Source of the DNA: Camelus dromedarius
Lineage: Eukaryota
Assembly: GCF_036321535.1 (NCBI RefSeq)
Contig: NC_087472.1
Location: 101,620,001-101,684,000 of the forward strand
Length of the DNA stretch: 64,000 bases
Direction: 5' to 3'
Each line of letters opens with the position of its first letter. The first letter of the stretch is position 1. Of the stretch, positions 1-11,437 are shown piece after piece. A program made the translations under genes and the position numbers. Under the pieces are notes generated by a model, which did not search any database, was not told the DNA's origin, and worked only from the letters and a program-made list of their open reading frames with translations.

Positions 1-2143
1 TGTGGACCTTTTAGGGTTTTCTATATATAGTAACATGTCATCAGCATATAATGACACTTTTACCTCTTCTTTTCCAATTTGGATCCCTTTTATTTCTTTC
101 TCTTGCCTGACTGCTGTGGCTAGGGCTTCCAGGACTATGTTGAATAGGAGTGGTGATAGTGGGCATCCTTGTCTTGTCCCAGATTTTAGTGGGAAGCTTT
201 TGAGTTTTTCACCGTTGAGTACTATGCTGGCTGTAGGTTTGTCATATATAGCTTTTATTATGTTGAGATATGTTCCCTCTATACCTACTTTGGCGAGAGT
301 TTTTATCATAAATGGGTGTTGAATTTTATCAAATGCTTTTTCTGCATCGATTGAGATGATCATGTGGTTTTTGTCCTTTCTCTTGTTGATGTGATGTATT
401 ACATTGATTGATTTGCGTATGTTGAACCAGCCTTGTGTCCCTGGGATGAACCCCACTTGGTCATGATGTATAATCTTTTTTATGTGTTGTTGGATTCTAT
501 TTGCTAAAATTTTGGTGAGGATTTTGGCGTCTATGTTCATCAGTGATATTGGCCTATAATTCTCTTTTTTTGTAGTGTCTTTGCCTGGTTTTGGTATCAG
601 GGTGATGGTGGCTTCATAGAATGAGTTTGGGAGTATTCCCTCCTTTTCAATCGTCTGGAAGAGTTTGAGAAAACCGGTATGAGTTCTTCTTTGTATGTTT
701 GGTAGAATTCCCCGGTGAAGCCGTCCGGTCCTGGACTTTTATTTGTAGGGAGGTTTTTAATTGCTATTTCTATTTCCTTTCTAGTGATCGGATTGTTCAA
801 GTGTTCAGATTCTTCTTGATTCAGTTTTGGTGGACAGTATGTTTCCAGAAACTTGTCCCTCTCCTCTAGGTTATCCAGTTTGGTTCCATATAGTTTTTCA
901 TAATATTCTCGTATGATATTCTGTATTTCTATTTTGTTTGTTGTAATTTCTCCATTTTCCTTTCTTATTTTGCTAATTTGTGCTCTCTCTTTTTTCTTCT
1001 TTGTGAGTTTGGCCAGAGGTTTGTCGATTTTATTTACTTTTTCAAAAAACCAGCTTTTGGTTTGGTTGATTTTTTCTATGGTCTTGTTAATCTCTATTGT
1101 ATTTAATTCCCCTCTGATCTTTTATTATTTCCTTCCTTCTGCTGCTTTTTGGGGCTTTTTGTTCTTCTTTTTCTAATTCATTCAGGTGGTGGGTTAAATT
1201 GTTTATTTGAGATTGTTCTTCTTTTTTGAGGAAGGCCTGTATCGCTATAAACTTCCCTCTTAGCACTGCCTTTGCTGTGTCCCATAGGTTTTGAGTGGTT
1301 GTGCTTTCATTATCATTTGTCTCAAGGTACTTTTTAATTTCAGCTTTGATTTCCTCATTGATCCATTGTTTTTTCAATAACATATTGTTTAATCTCCATG
1401 CTTTCCTTTTTTTCTCCTTTGTTTCTCTGTTGTTGATTTCCAGTTTCATGGCATTGTGGTCAGTAAAGATGCTTGAGATAATTTCTATCTTCTTAAAATT
1501 GTTGAGGTTTCTTTTGTGCCCAAGTACATGATCGATCCTGGAAAATGTTCCATCTGCACTTGAAAAGAATGTATATCCTATTTTTGGGGGGTGTAATGCT
1601 CTGAAAATATCCACCAAATCTAGTTTTTCTATTGTAGTATTTAATTTCTCTGTTGCCTTGTTTATTTTCTGTCTGGAAGATCTGTCTAGTGATGTTAATG
1701 CAGTGTTAAAAGTCTCCAACTATGATTGTATTCCCATCAATATCCCCCTTTATCTCTGTTAGTAATTCTTGTATGTACTTAGGTGCTCCTATATTGGGTG
1801 CATATATATTAACGAGTGTAATATCCTCATCTTGTATCAATCCTTTAATCATTATAAAATGTCCTTCTTTATCTTTCTTTATGGCCTTTGTTTTAAAGTC
1901 TATTTTGTCTGAAATCAGTACTGCAACACCTGCTTTTTTGGCTTTTCCATTTGCATGGAATATCCTTTTCCATCCTTTCACTCTCAATCTATATGTGTCC
2001 TTCTCCCTAAAGTGGGTCTCTTGTATGCAGCCTATTGAAGGTTCTTGCTTTATTATCCAGTCTGCCACTCTGTGTCTTTTGACTGGAGCATTTAGTCCAT
2101 TAACATTTACAGTAATTAATGATAGATGTGTGTTTATTGCCAT
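1..2143 (-). pseudogene. L1 ORF2p N-terminal part (endonuclease to start of RT), frameshifted
   Basis: Track ORFs 1706-2143, 1087-1719 and 597-800 are consecutive ORF2 pieces in different frames. Confidence 0.9.
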
Positions 2144-2547
2144 TTTGAACTTATCTTTGCAGTTGAATTGGTATATCCTTTTTGTTCCTTTCTTCTTCCT
2201 TTTGTGGTTTGGTAATTTTCCTTTGTATTATCATGGATTTTATTTAATTTTTGTGACTCCTTTGTAAATTTTTGGCTTGTGGTTACCCTTTTTTGTAAAT
2301 CTATCAACCCATTACTATAACTGTTTTTATTAAACTGATAGTAACATGATCTCAAACCCATCCTACTGTTAAAAAAATTTAAAAAAGAAAGAAAATAATA
2401 TTCTATATTTCCCTGCCTCCCTCTCCCACTCTCAGTGATTTGTATGTCTTCTTTTATAATTTCATGTTTACTTTATTTGTAATTCATGAGTTATCACCTT
2501 TCCAGTTGTGAGTTTCTCATTTCTGTAGCATCCTGCTGCTTTTCTAT

Positions 2548-3451
2548 TTAGAATAGCCCTTTCAATATTTCTTTTAGCATGGGTTTAGTGTTGCTAAACT
2601 CCTGCAGCTTTTTTTTTTTTGTCTGTGAAACTCTTTATTTCTCCTTCTATCCTAAAGGATAGCCTTGCTGGATAAAGGATCCTAGGCTGCATCTTTTTTT
2701 CATTCAGGGCTTTGAATATATCTTGCCACTCCCTTCTGGCCTGTAGTGTTTGTGTAGAGAAATCAGCTGAGAGCCTTATGGGGGTTCCCTTGTAACTTAC
2801 TCTTTGCTTTTCTTTTGCTGCCTTTAGAATCCTTTCTTTATCTTTGACTCTGGCCATCTTGGTTATGATGTCTTGGTGTGGGTCTATTTGGGTTCTTCCT
2901 GTTTGGGACCCTCTGAGCTTCCTGTACTTGGATATCTGATTCCTTCTTTAAGTTTGGGAAGTTTTCAGTCATGATTTCTTCAAAAACCTTTTCAATCCCC
3001 TTTGATCTTTCTTCTCCTTCTGGGACCCCTATTATGCGAAGATTGGGACGCTTTATGTTATCCCATAGGTCCCTTATGCTATTTTCATTATTTTTTATTT
3101 GCTTCTCTTGTAGTTCTTCTGAATGGGTGCTTTCTATTGCCCTGTCTTCTAGATCACTAATTCGTTCCTCTGCATTATCTAGTCAGCTTTGCACAGCTAT
3201 TAGATCATTCCTCATCTCTGTCAATGAGTTTACCCATTCTACTTGGCTCTTCTTTATAGCTTCAATTTCATTTTTGACATATTTTATATCTCTAAACACT
3301 ATCTCTTTTAATTCCTTCAGCAATTTGATCACTCCTTTTTTGAAATCTTGATCTAGTAGGCTATCGATGTCTATTTCGTTGATCTTTCTTTCAGGGGATT
3401 TCTCTTGTCTTTTAATTGGGAAAGGTTTTTCTGCTTCTTCATCTTGCTCAT
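2548..3451 (-). pseudogene. L1 ORF1p, frameshifted
   Basis: Begins MSKMKKQKNL, ends EILKGLF*. Contains YKGTPIRLSADFS and ILYPARLSF. Split over several frames. Confidence 0.85.
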
Positions 3452-5097
3452 ACCTCTTTGGCACTGTGGTTTATGGAGTATCAGTTGTTTATTTTGGTCC
3501 TTAAGGATTTTATCTATCTAATACCTATTTAGGAATAAAACTTAGGAAAAAAAGAGAAAAAAAATAGAGAGAAAGAATTTTAAAAGAAGGGAGAAAGAGG
3601 GTTTGAAAACAGTGTATAATGAATAATAGAAGAGCGAGTTGAAGCAGAGTATTAATCGGGTTGAGACGTCCTTTTAAAATCTTTACAAAAAAAGGGGGGG
3701 GGAGATGAATAGATGTATTTGAAACCTGTGTCTAATCAATAACAGGACATCAAAACCCAAGAGAAATAGAAATGAATTAAGAAGTAAAAATTAAGAGAGT
3801 AATAGAAAATAGAACAGGTAAAAACAGATTTAAAAAAAAGGGGGGGGGGTTTGTCGGTGTTCTCCTGGAGTCTGTGTGCTTTTAGTGTGAGGTCTTTCTG
3901 TCTTCGTCCTGTTTTGGAAGCTCAGCTTGCTGTTTTCAGAGGCCCTCCGTTGGCGCCCTCTTCTGTGCTGCTCCCAGCACCTATGGGCAAGCTGATCGCG
4001 CCTCCTCCTAACACTGGGTCAGGTGCATCTCTCCTCTGCTGTATGCGGGCGGGTCACTGCCCCTCTGGATGCCGCAGTCAGATGTTGCAGACTGGCCGGG
4101 TAGGAGGGCGGGTCGTGCCCCCTCCCAGCACCTCGGTCAGGGGCTGTGTTCCTGCCCGAAAGGCAGGGGGCCACTCTAGCTCTACCTGCGCCGCCGCCGG
4201 TAGCTCCGCTGCTCTGTGAGGCTGTGCGCTCCGCCCTGGTCGGCGCTCTGCAGGTGGGCCCTGCTCCGAGCCAAAACACAGCTCCTTGTTTGTCTTTGTG
4301 GAGCAAGTTTTCTGAGGGACCAGGGTGGAAGGATCCTATCTGCCCGGGCTGCAGGCCAGTCTCAGTCTGGCCTTTGAGGCTGCTAAGCCCTTCGGTGCGG
4401 ATGCAGGTTTCGCCCCCGCCCCCGCCTGGGTGCTCAGCGCCGGAGGATATGGAGGCTGTGCCTGAGCCCCGCCTCTCTTCCCCGGAAAACTTTCCGCGGG
4501 TTTTCAGAGATGGGGGTGTGCACCCTTCCCCCGAGAGCACATCAACCTTGCTGTTTTATGGAGGGCCCAGGTTGTTCTGCCCTGTGCACCCACAGCCACG
4601 GCGCGCAGCCCCTTGCGTTCCCCCGAGGCTGCCTCCGTGCAGCCACTTCCGTCCTCCGCCCGGCTTGTGCAGCCTGGCCCTGCCCGCCGCTGCCGGCCGG
4701 CGTCTCAGGCTGGGTGTCGGGGGGACGCTCTGTGCCCGTTTAACTTAGTTCTGTTAGTCAAGGGCTGCTCTGTACAGATCCGAGCCTCAGAGGCTCCCGC
4801 TCAGTCCCGCTGGCCTCTCAGTTGGAGAGGGGAGACCCAGCGAGCGAGCGCCAGTCCTCCTTTGCCGCTCCCTCCCCGCGGGACCCGTCCCGCGCTGCTT
4901 TGCCTTTTGTTCTTTCTTTTTTCCTTTTCTCCTACCAGATTTTTGGTGTCTTTATCATTTGAAGAGGGCGATGGTCTGTTGGAGTTCCGCAGGTGCTCTG
5001 GTTGGCTGAGTGGGTCTGTAGATGTGGGTCTTGGTGTATTTGTGGGAGAGGGTGACCTGCGAGCGTCCTTCTACTCCGCCATCTTCTCCGTCTCTCT

Positions 5098-6890
5098 CAT
5101 GTTCTTTGTATTTTCTAAATCTTTGTTGAAAACTTCTAACTTTTCATTCTGTGCATCCATTCTTCTCCTGAGTTCTTTCATCATCATTATGATCATTACT
5201 CTGAACTTTTTCTCAGGTAGATTGCCTATCTTCACATTACTTATTTCTTCTGCGGTTTTATCCTGTTCCTTTGGAACATTTTCCTCTGTCACCTCATTTT
5301 GTCTGAGTTGCTATTGATAGTTTTATGTATGTAGTAGGTTAGTTATGTTTCTCAACGTTGGAGAAGTGGCCCTCTGTAGGAGACGTCCTATGCCTCCCTG
5401 CAGCTCACTCCCCTCTCATCACCCAAGCTATATGCTCTGTGGGTTCCCCCTAAGAGGGCTGTGTGGGTCTTTCTGTTGTGGTGGGCTGAGTATGTGGTGG
5501 GGGAGGGGTCTGGTAGGCTTGGTTGGCCCTTGTCTTGGTTGGTTGCCAGGCTCTGCCTTGTGTGGATGCTGCTGGCTACTAGTTAGTGGGGTCTGATCAT
5601 GAAGCGGCTGACTGAAGAACCCCAGGGGGCCCCAGGGCTAATGCTAGCTCACTTGTGGGTGGAGTCAAGGTCCAGAAGACTCCAGGGCTGTTGCCAACCC
5701 CCCCCAAACTGGTGGGTGAAGCTGGGTTCAAGGGTTAGTGCTGGACTACTGGCAGATAGATCTAGGTCCTGGAGTCTGGTTGCAGGGCCCATGGACCCCA
5801 GAGCTGGTGTTAGATTACTGGTGGCGGGGGGCAGTTCTGGACACAGTTGGGTATAGGGTTTAGGGTGTCCCAAAGCTTGTGTTGGCCTGCTAGTGGGCAG
5901 GGCTGGGACCCGTCTGGTCCCAGAGTAGGGTCTGACCTGCCATAGGCTGGCTGGGTCCATAGGCTGTGGTTTTCTTGCATCTGGTGTTTGCTCCCTGGTG
6001 GGTGAGGCTGTCTAAAGACTAGCACAGGCTTCCTAGAGGGCAGGGCTGTTGCCTGCCCACTGGTGGGCGGAGCTGTGTCTTGGCCCTCTGGTGGGCAGGA
6101 CCATGTACAGAGGTGTGTCTTGAAGCAGCTGTGGGCTCAGGAATTCTTTAGGCAGCCTGTCTGTTGATGAGTGGGGCTTTGTCCCCACTCAGTTAGTAAT
6201 TTGCCCTGAGGCATCCCAGCACTGGTGCCTACAGGCTGTTGGGTGGGTCCAGGTCTTGGTGCTAATGTGCTAATGGCACCTACCAGAACTGGTTTCCATG
6301 CGGTAGCATGAGCTCCCAAATATGGCTGCTGCCAGTGTCTATGTCCACAAAGTAAGCCATAGCCGCCCCCCACCTCTCCAGGAGATTCTCCAAGACCAGC
6401 AGGTATGTCCGGCCCAGACTTCTATCAAATTATTGCTTTTGCCCTGGATCCTGGTGTGTGTGAGATTTTTGTGTGCACCCTTTAAGAGTGAAGTTTCTAT
6501 TTCCCCATAGTCCTATGGAGCTCCCAAAATTGAGCACTGCTGGCCTTCAAAGCCAAATGATCTGGTGGCTTGTCTTCCTGGTGAAGGATCCCCAAGCTGG
6601 GGAGCCTGAAGTGAGGCTCAGAACTCTCATTCCTGTGGCAGAACCTCTGCACTATAATTATTCTCCAGTTAGTGGGTCACCCACTTTGGGATATGAGACT
6701 TGATTATATTGCAAATCTGCCCCTCCTACCCATCTCATTGTCATTCCTTTTTTATGTGTTTAATTGTTGAAGATTTTTTTGGTAGGTTTCGGTCTTTTCC
6801 ATGTTGTGCAGATAGTTGTGGTTCTGGTGTGCTCATAAGTGGAGGTGAGCCCAGGGTCTTTCTACTCTGCCATCTTAGCCTGATTTCCCC
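5098..6890 (-). mobile_element. Older LINE-1 5' UTR and ORF1 N-terminus, interrupted by the young L1
   Basis: ORF1-like EQDKTAEEISNVKIGNLPEKKFRVMII, CpG-decayed UTR, terminal YY1-like aagatggcag near 6870. Confidence 0.8.
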
Positions 6891-8005
6891 CTGGTTATTT
6901 GTGAATGCTTATTTCTCCATAAGGACTTTAGTATCAATGGGTCTAAGTCTATTTTTTAAAAAGCTTATTGGTAATTTTTATTGGGATAATGTTAAATTTA
7001 TAAATTAGAACTGACTTGTGTATAGTGCTGAATCATTATTTCTAAGAACAGGGGATGTCCTCCCATTTGAGAAAGTCTAATTTTGTGTCTTTTAGGAATG
7101 CTTTAAAGGTTTTCTCATATAGGTTTTGCACATTTGTGATAAATTAATTCCAAAGTATTTAATCTTCATTGGTATTGCAGTATATGGAGTTATTTTATAC
7201 CACTAAGTCTTCTGATTGTCATGTAAATGAAGGATATTGAGTTTTGTGTGTTTATATCCTGCTACTTTACTGAATTCTTTTATTGTCTCAATTAATTTTA
7301 TCATTGATTATCTAGGATTTTCCTAGTATAGTGTCATATCATGTGCAACTAGATATAGGTTTACTTATTCTTTACCAATGCTTATGTGTGTAATTGATTA
7401 ATTTTGTTTAACTGCATTGATTAATTCCTCTAATATAATGCTAATTAGTAGCAGAGATAGTGAGTATCCTTGCCTTATTCCTGATTTTAATGGAAATGCC
7501 TCTAATGTTTCCCCATTAGGTAAGATACTTGCCTTAGGACTAAGGCATATATTTTATCCTGTTAATGAAGTACCACTCAATTCTTATTTTCTCGTCTTTT
7601 TAAACAGGCCTTTCCAGCATCTCTGGAGATAATCATATGAAGTTTTACCCCTTAGATATATTAATATAGTATATGATATTCATAGATTTCCTAATATTGA
7701 ACCACCCTTACATTTCTGGAATAAATCCCATTTAGTCATGGTATATGATATTGTATTCTGTTTGTTAACATTTAATTTAGTAGTTTTGCATCAGTACTAA
7801 TGAACTAATATTGGTCATTATATTGGTCCTTCCTGCCTTCCTTCCTATCTTTTATCAGGTTTAGGTATCAAACCTTCAGGAAATGTTTATATAAGAAATA
7901 GAGAAGTTCTTAATTTTTGATGTGCTGAAACTATTTATAGAGCATTGAGATTATCTGGACTTTGAAAGTTGAATGGAATTCTTCAGGAAACCATCTGGGC
8001 CTGAA
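6891..8005 (-). mobile_element. Ancient L1M ORF2 fragment
   Basis: Degenerate similarity to the RT-region sequence of the younger L1s (tatccttgccttattcctgatttt; ccatctgggcctg). Confidence 0.75.
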
Positions 8006-8189
8006 ATCACCTTCTTTGCTACCCTTGATGAAGGAGGACTTCTAAATGGGCTTTAATTAGGAGATACTTCTTGAATTTCAGCTGACAGAGCTGGGATTTA
8101 AACCTAGTTAGAAGCATGATCTTAACCACTGTATCAGTGATACATCAGGGACTTGATTACCTAATAGTAATGATGATGAAGATGATGTC

Positions 8190-8400
8190 TAGTAGATATT
8201 AGTTGCCTATTATGCATCAAGTACCATTTACATGTATTAACACATTCAGTCCCTGTTTCAGACTTACGGGGTACTATCTCTTATTATCCCTGAAGCACCG
8301 AAATTATCAACTCATCAAGGGTCACACAGCTAGTATAAATGGTGGAGCTGGTTTTCAATTCCAGTCAGTTTGGCTTCACAGTCTGTGCCTTTAATGACCA
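8190..8400 (-). mobile_element. MIR SINE, degenerate
   Basis: caagggtcacacagctagtataaatggtggagctggttttcaattccag. Confidence 0.65.
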
Positions 8401-10004
8401 AAGTACAGTATAACAGCTTGCAGAACTGTGGACGATCCCCTTATATCAGAATCTCATTATGAATGCTTTTTTTTTAAAGGGGAAAAAATGGCTTAACTAA
8501 AGTCTCACAGATGAAAGAAGAGTTGCTGCCTATGAAAATGTCTGTCTAGCAATTTGGCTACAATCTCCCTATCCCTATCCTTACGGCTCTTCTCTTGCAG
8601 CAGTGTACAGACCTTGTAAGCTTCGTGTATAGAATTGTGTTCTAGTCTGAGTCAGCTCCACGTCTGAGGGATGCAACTTGAATGGAAAATTTTCCAATGA
8701 ACTTGGTGACCCAAACTCAAATGAAACAGTTAAAATTTCCTCAAATTACTTAGAAATACTAAGTATTATCATTGAGATGGGTAAACTTTCTGGTTTATGT
8801 TAAGTATGATCTCTTATTAATGTTTGTTGAGTCAATGAAGCACCCTCATTGCTATTCATTATTTTAAGCTTTTTCGTACAGTCTTACTTTGATATTTAGA
8901 CATTATTAAAATTATGCAGATTAAGACAAAGGGTAATATTTTTATGTCATTTCCGTAAATGCTCAACATTCTTCTCTCCCACATCCCCCCACCAAGAAAA
9001 CCAAATTAATGAGCCACAAAACATGTTATAATGAATGGGAAAAATATTTTTAGCATTTTTATGCAGAAAATACCTCATTAAAAACAAATGCTTCAGCAAG
9101 CAGATTTGAGCTTAATGAGGACTTTTGTTGAGCAGAGGCTTTTATGACAAATCACTAGCATGTGTAACTGCTCTATATAAAGACCTAGAAAGCCCTCAGA
9201 GCCTCGTCCTTATCCCTGGGCTGCACTGCAGCGGTGTGTGAGTGTGGCATGACGCTTAGTAGATGCTTGATGAACCTGAGGGACGTGAAGCCTACTATCC
9301 AGCCACAAGTAGGAAAAATGTCTATGTACTGATCAGTCTCACTGTTTTGTCAGATGTTATATCAGGAGAGTCATTAAGATGAACTTTGTTCTCAGCTGGG
9401 TGTTTGGCATCATGTGACCCAAATATTTTGTATCTGTTTCATACTGTAAAGGCCATAAGGGTATAGGGTTTATAACTATACATACAACCTTAATTTCAAA
9501 TAAAAACCTCAACTTGTACCCACACTATTGTAACTTGTTAGACTTTGGGACTCCAACTGGCATGACAAGGGAGCAGGGACCCAGCTCGTCAGGCAGGCTG
9601 TATGGGCCGGTTTGGTCACAGAAACCACAGTCCCTCGCCTCAGTCATGCCCTGCCCTGAGGCACAAAGTGCTCACCTAGGGTGATGGGCCTTACCACTGA
9701 GGCCTCAGAAGGCACACTTGGCGTGATGGTGTTTCCAGGTATTCTGAGCTGGGCTCAGCTTCATCACTGATCCATCCTTGCAGGCTTGAGCTGAGTCACA
9801 GCCACACCCACCCAAGCAAGGTTGACATTTCCAGTGGTAATTGGTTACCCAGAAGAACTAGCCTCCCTTATAGAATGGGAAGCATGAAATTATGAGATGA
9901 TTCATTTTCAGGTGGTATTTTTTCACATCATGTAAGTTCTTTCTCCGTTCATCTGACCGAGTCGGCCACACTATCACCTGACTAGTAACAGTAGTGGTTG
10001 CAGC

Positions 10005-10215
10005 AGTTAACATTTATTGAGGTGTTACTGAATGCCAGGAACTGTGCTAAGTTTTTTCCACACCTTATCTCATTTAACCCTCAAACCCTATAAGCTGGAT
10101 ACTATTAATATCCCCATATTACAGATGAGGAAACTGAGGGCAAAGATGGTAAGTAACCTGCACTAAATCTTTCAGCTCATATATATAAGAACTAGGATTT
10201 AAAGCAATTTTCCCC
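10005..10215 (-). mobile_element. MIR SINE
   Basis: Core cccatattacagatgaggaaactgagg. Confidence 0.85.
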
Positions 10216-10221
10216 CTGATT

Positions 10222-10442
10222 CTATTTTATTTTTTTAATGAAGTATAGTTGACTTACAATATTATGTTAGTTTCAGGTATACAGCAAAGTGATTCAGTTA
10301 TAGATTTTTTTTTCAGGTTTTTTTCCATTATAGATTATTACAAAGTATTATATACAGTTCCCTGTGCTATACAGTAAATCCTTGTTGTTTCTCTCTTTTA
10401 TATATACTGGTCTATATCTGTTAATCCCACATTCCTAATTTC
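10222..10442 (-). mobile_element. Short L1 3'-end fragment inserted in a MIR
   Basis: Matches the L1 3' ends at 12945 and 17128 (gttccctgtgctatacagtaaatccttgttg). Confidence 0.8.
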
Positions 10443-10697
10443 TTTGATTTCAGAGTCCTTAACTATTATTGCTTTACTGCATTGTGTAGCCAATTAACTA
10501 AAAAAAAAACTATATCCCCACTCTATTCCAAAATAAGAGGCATTCTTTTCAGTAATGACAGGGTAAAACATTCAGTTTTCAAATGCCCATGATCAGCTCT
10601 TTCAGGCTCCTTCAGTAGGAGGAGGGAAACTGACCCAAGACCCACTCATACTTCCCGCTCAGCAGGTACAGGGCTGCCGCCTGGCCACCACTCTCAC

Positions 10698-10831
10698 CGT
10701 TAAGAAGTGCCGGTCCTTAACTTCGCGCCGCCTCTGGCTGTGAGTTGGTGGGTAGGCTGGCAGTGGAGGAACCGCTACGGAAGGGGGGGCAGCAGCTCTT
10801 TGCTCCCGACGATCACTCCGGCTACGGTGTT
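10698..10831 (-). CDS. NHS: NHS exon 3, (E)[44 protein letters not shown]
   Basis: Acceptor ttgttttttctgcccccag|AA and donor ACG|gtgaga. 134 nt, phase 1-0, continues the exon 2 frame. Lies within track ORF 10659-10850. Confidence 0.95.
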
Positions 10832-11230
10832 CTGGGGGCAGAAAAAACAATAGTACATAAACAAACTTGGCATTTTCAATTTCTCTTTCCCCTGTGGGAG
10901 GATGAGCAAAAGGCTGGAAAAAAGTGAGTTTTTGGTAATCTAGCTCATTTGTATACTAAATATTTTCAGAATGGTTCTGAACTAAACTTTCATTTCATAT
11001 TAATATGAAGTTGGACACCTATATTTCAGTGGGTCCATCTCATAGTCGTTGTACAAGATGTTTGGAGAAAGTAGTATATTTCTCAGTGTGCCTCATTTCA
11101 AAACAACATGAGCAAAAAAAAAAAATCTAGAACAATGGTGTAAAATCTGCTGACAGTCCTGTGGTGGACAGTCGGCACAGACATGCCAGAGCCCCCCAGG
11201 GTGTGGTGGGGGACAGATGCTCACAGCCAT

Positions 11231-11437
11231 CCAGGGGGTGATGGAGCCGGCTCACAGTGCCTCAGGAGCACGGATGGCTATGTGTTTAGGAATTTTGTGA
11301 GCCAGTTTTTAAACTGTTGGTAACTTGAAATAGGCCATGGTGGGAGTATTTATACCACAGAAATTGCTGAATGCTATACATCAGGGCCTTATTTATTTAT
11401 TACCTTTTTAAGAGAACCTGTGACCAGCACACCATTG
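11231..11437. mobile_element. hAT DNA transposon, MER63-like
   Basis: ttgaaataggccatggtgggagtatttataccac core; degenerate terminal inverted repeats. Confidence 0.6.

Larger units (their letters stand above)
1..5097 (-). mobile_element. Young LINE-1 with complete 5' end (5' UTR, ORF1, about 400 nt spacer, ORF2 start); continues beyond window start
   Basis: 5' end gagagacggagAAGATGGCGG (YY1 motif), CpG-rich UTR at 3850-5097, ORF1 and ORF2 endonuclease/RT peptides ([23 protein letters not shown]). Confidence 0.95.

Noticed and set aside
2..3351. Plus-strand hydrophobic ORFs (2-322, 1722-2267, 2971-3351)
   Set aside because: Antisense shadows of L1 ORF1 and ORF2.
4019..5317. Long ORFs (173-234 aa) in the L1 5' UTR as ORF0-like genes
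   Set aside because: They overlap in several frames on both strands, mostly lack ATG starts and are expected in GC-rich DNA. No recognisable protein.
8005..10650. Next NHS exon (FNSTRSPSP... or SHPPEDED...)
   Set aside because: I did not spot it in the unique sequence here; it probably lies beyond the window start.
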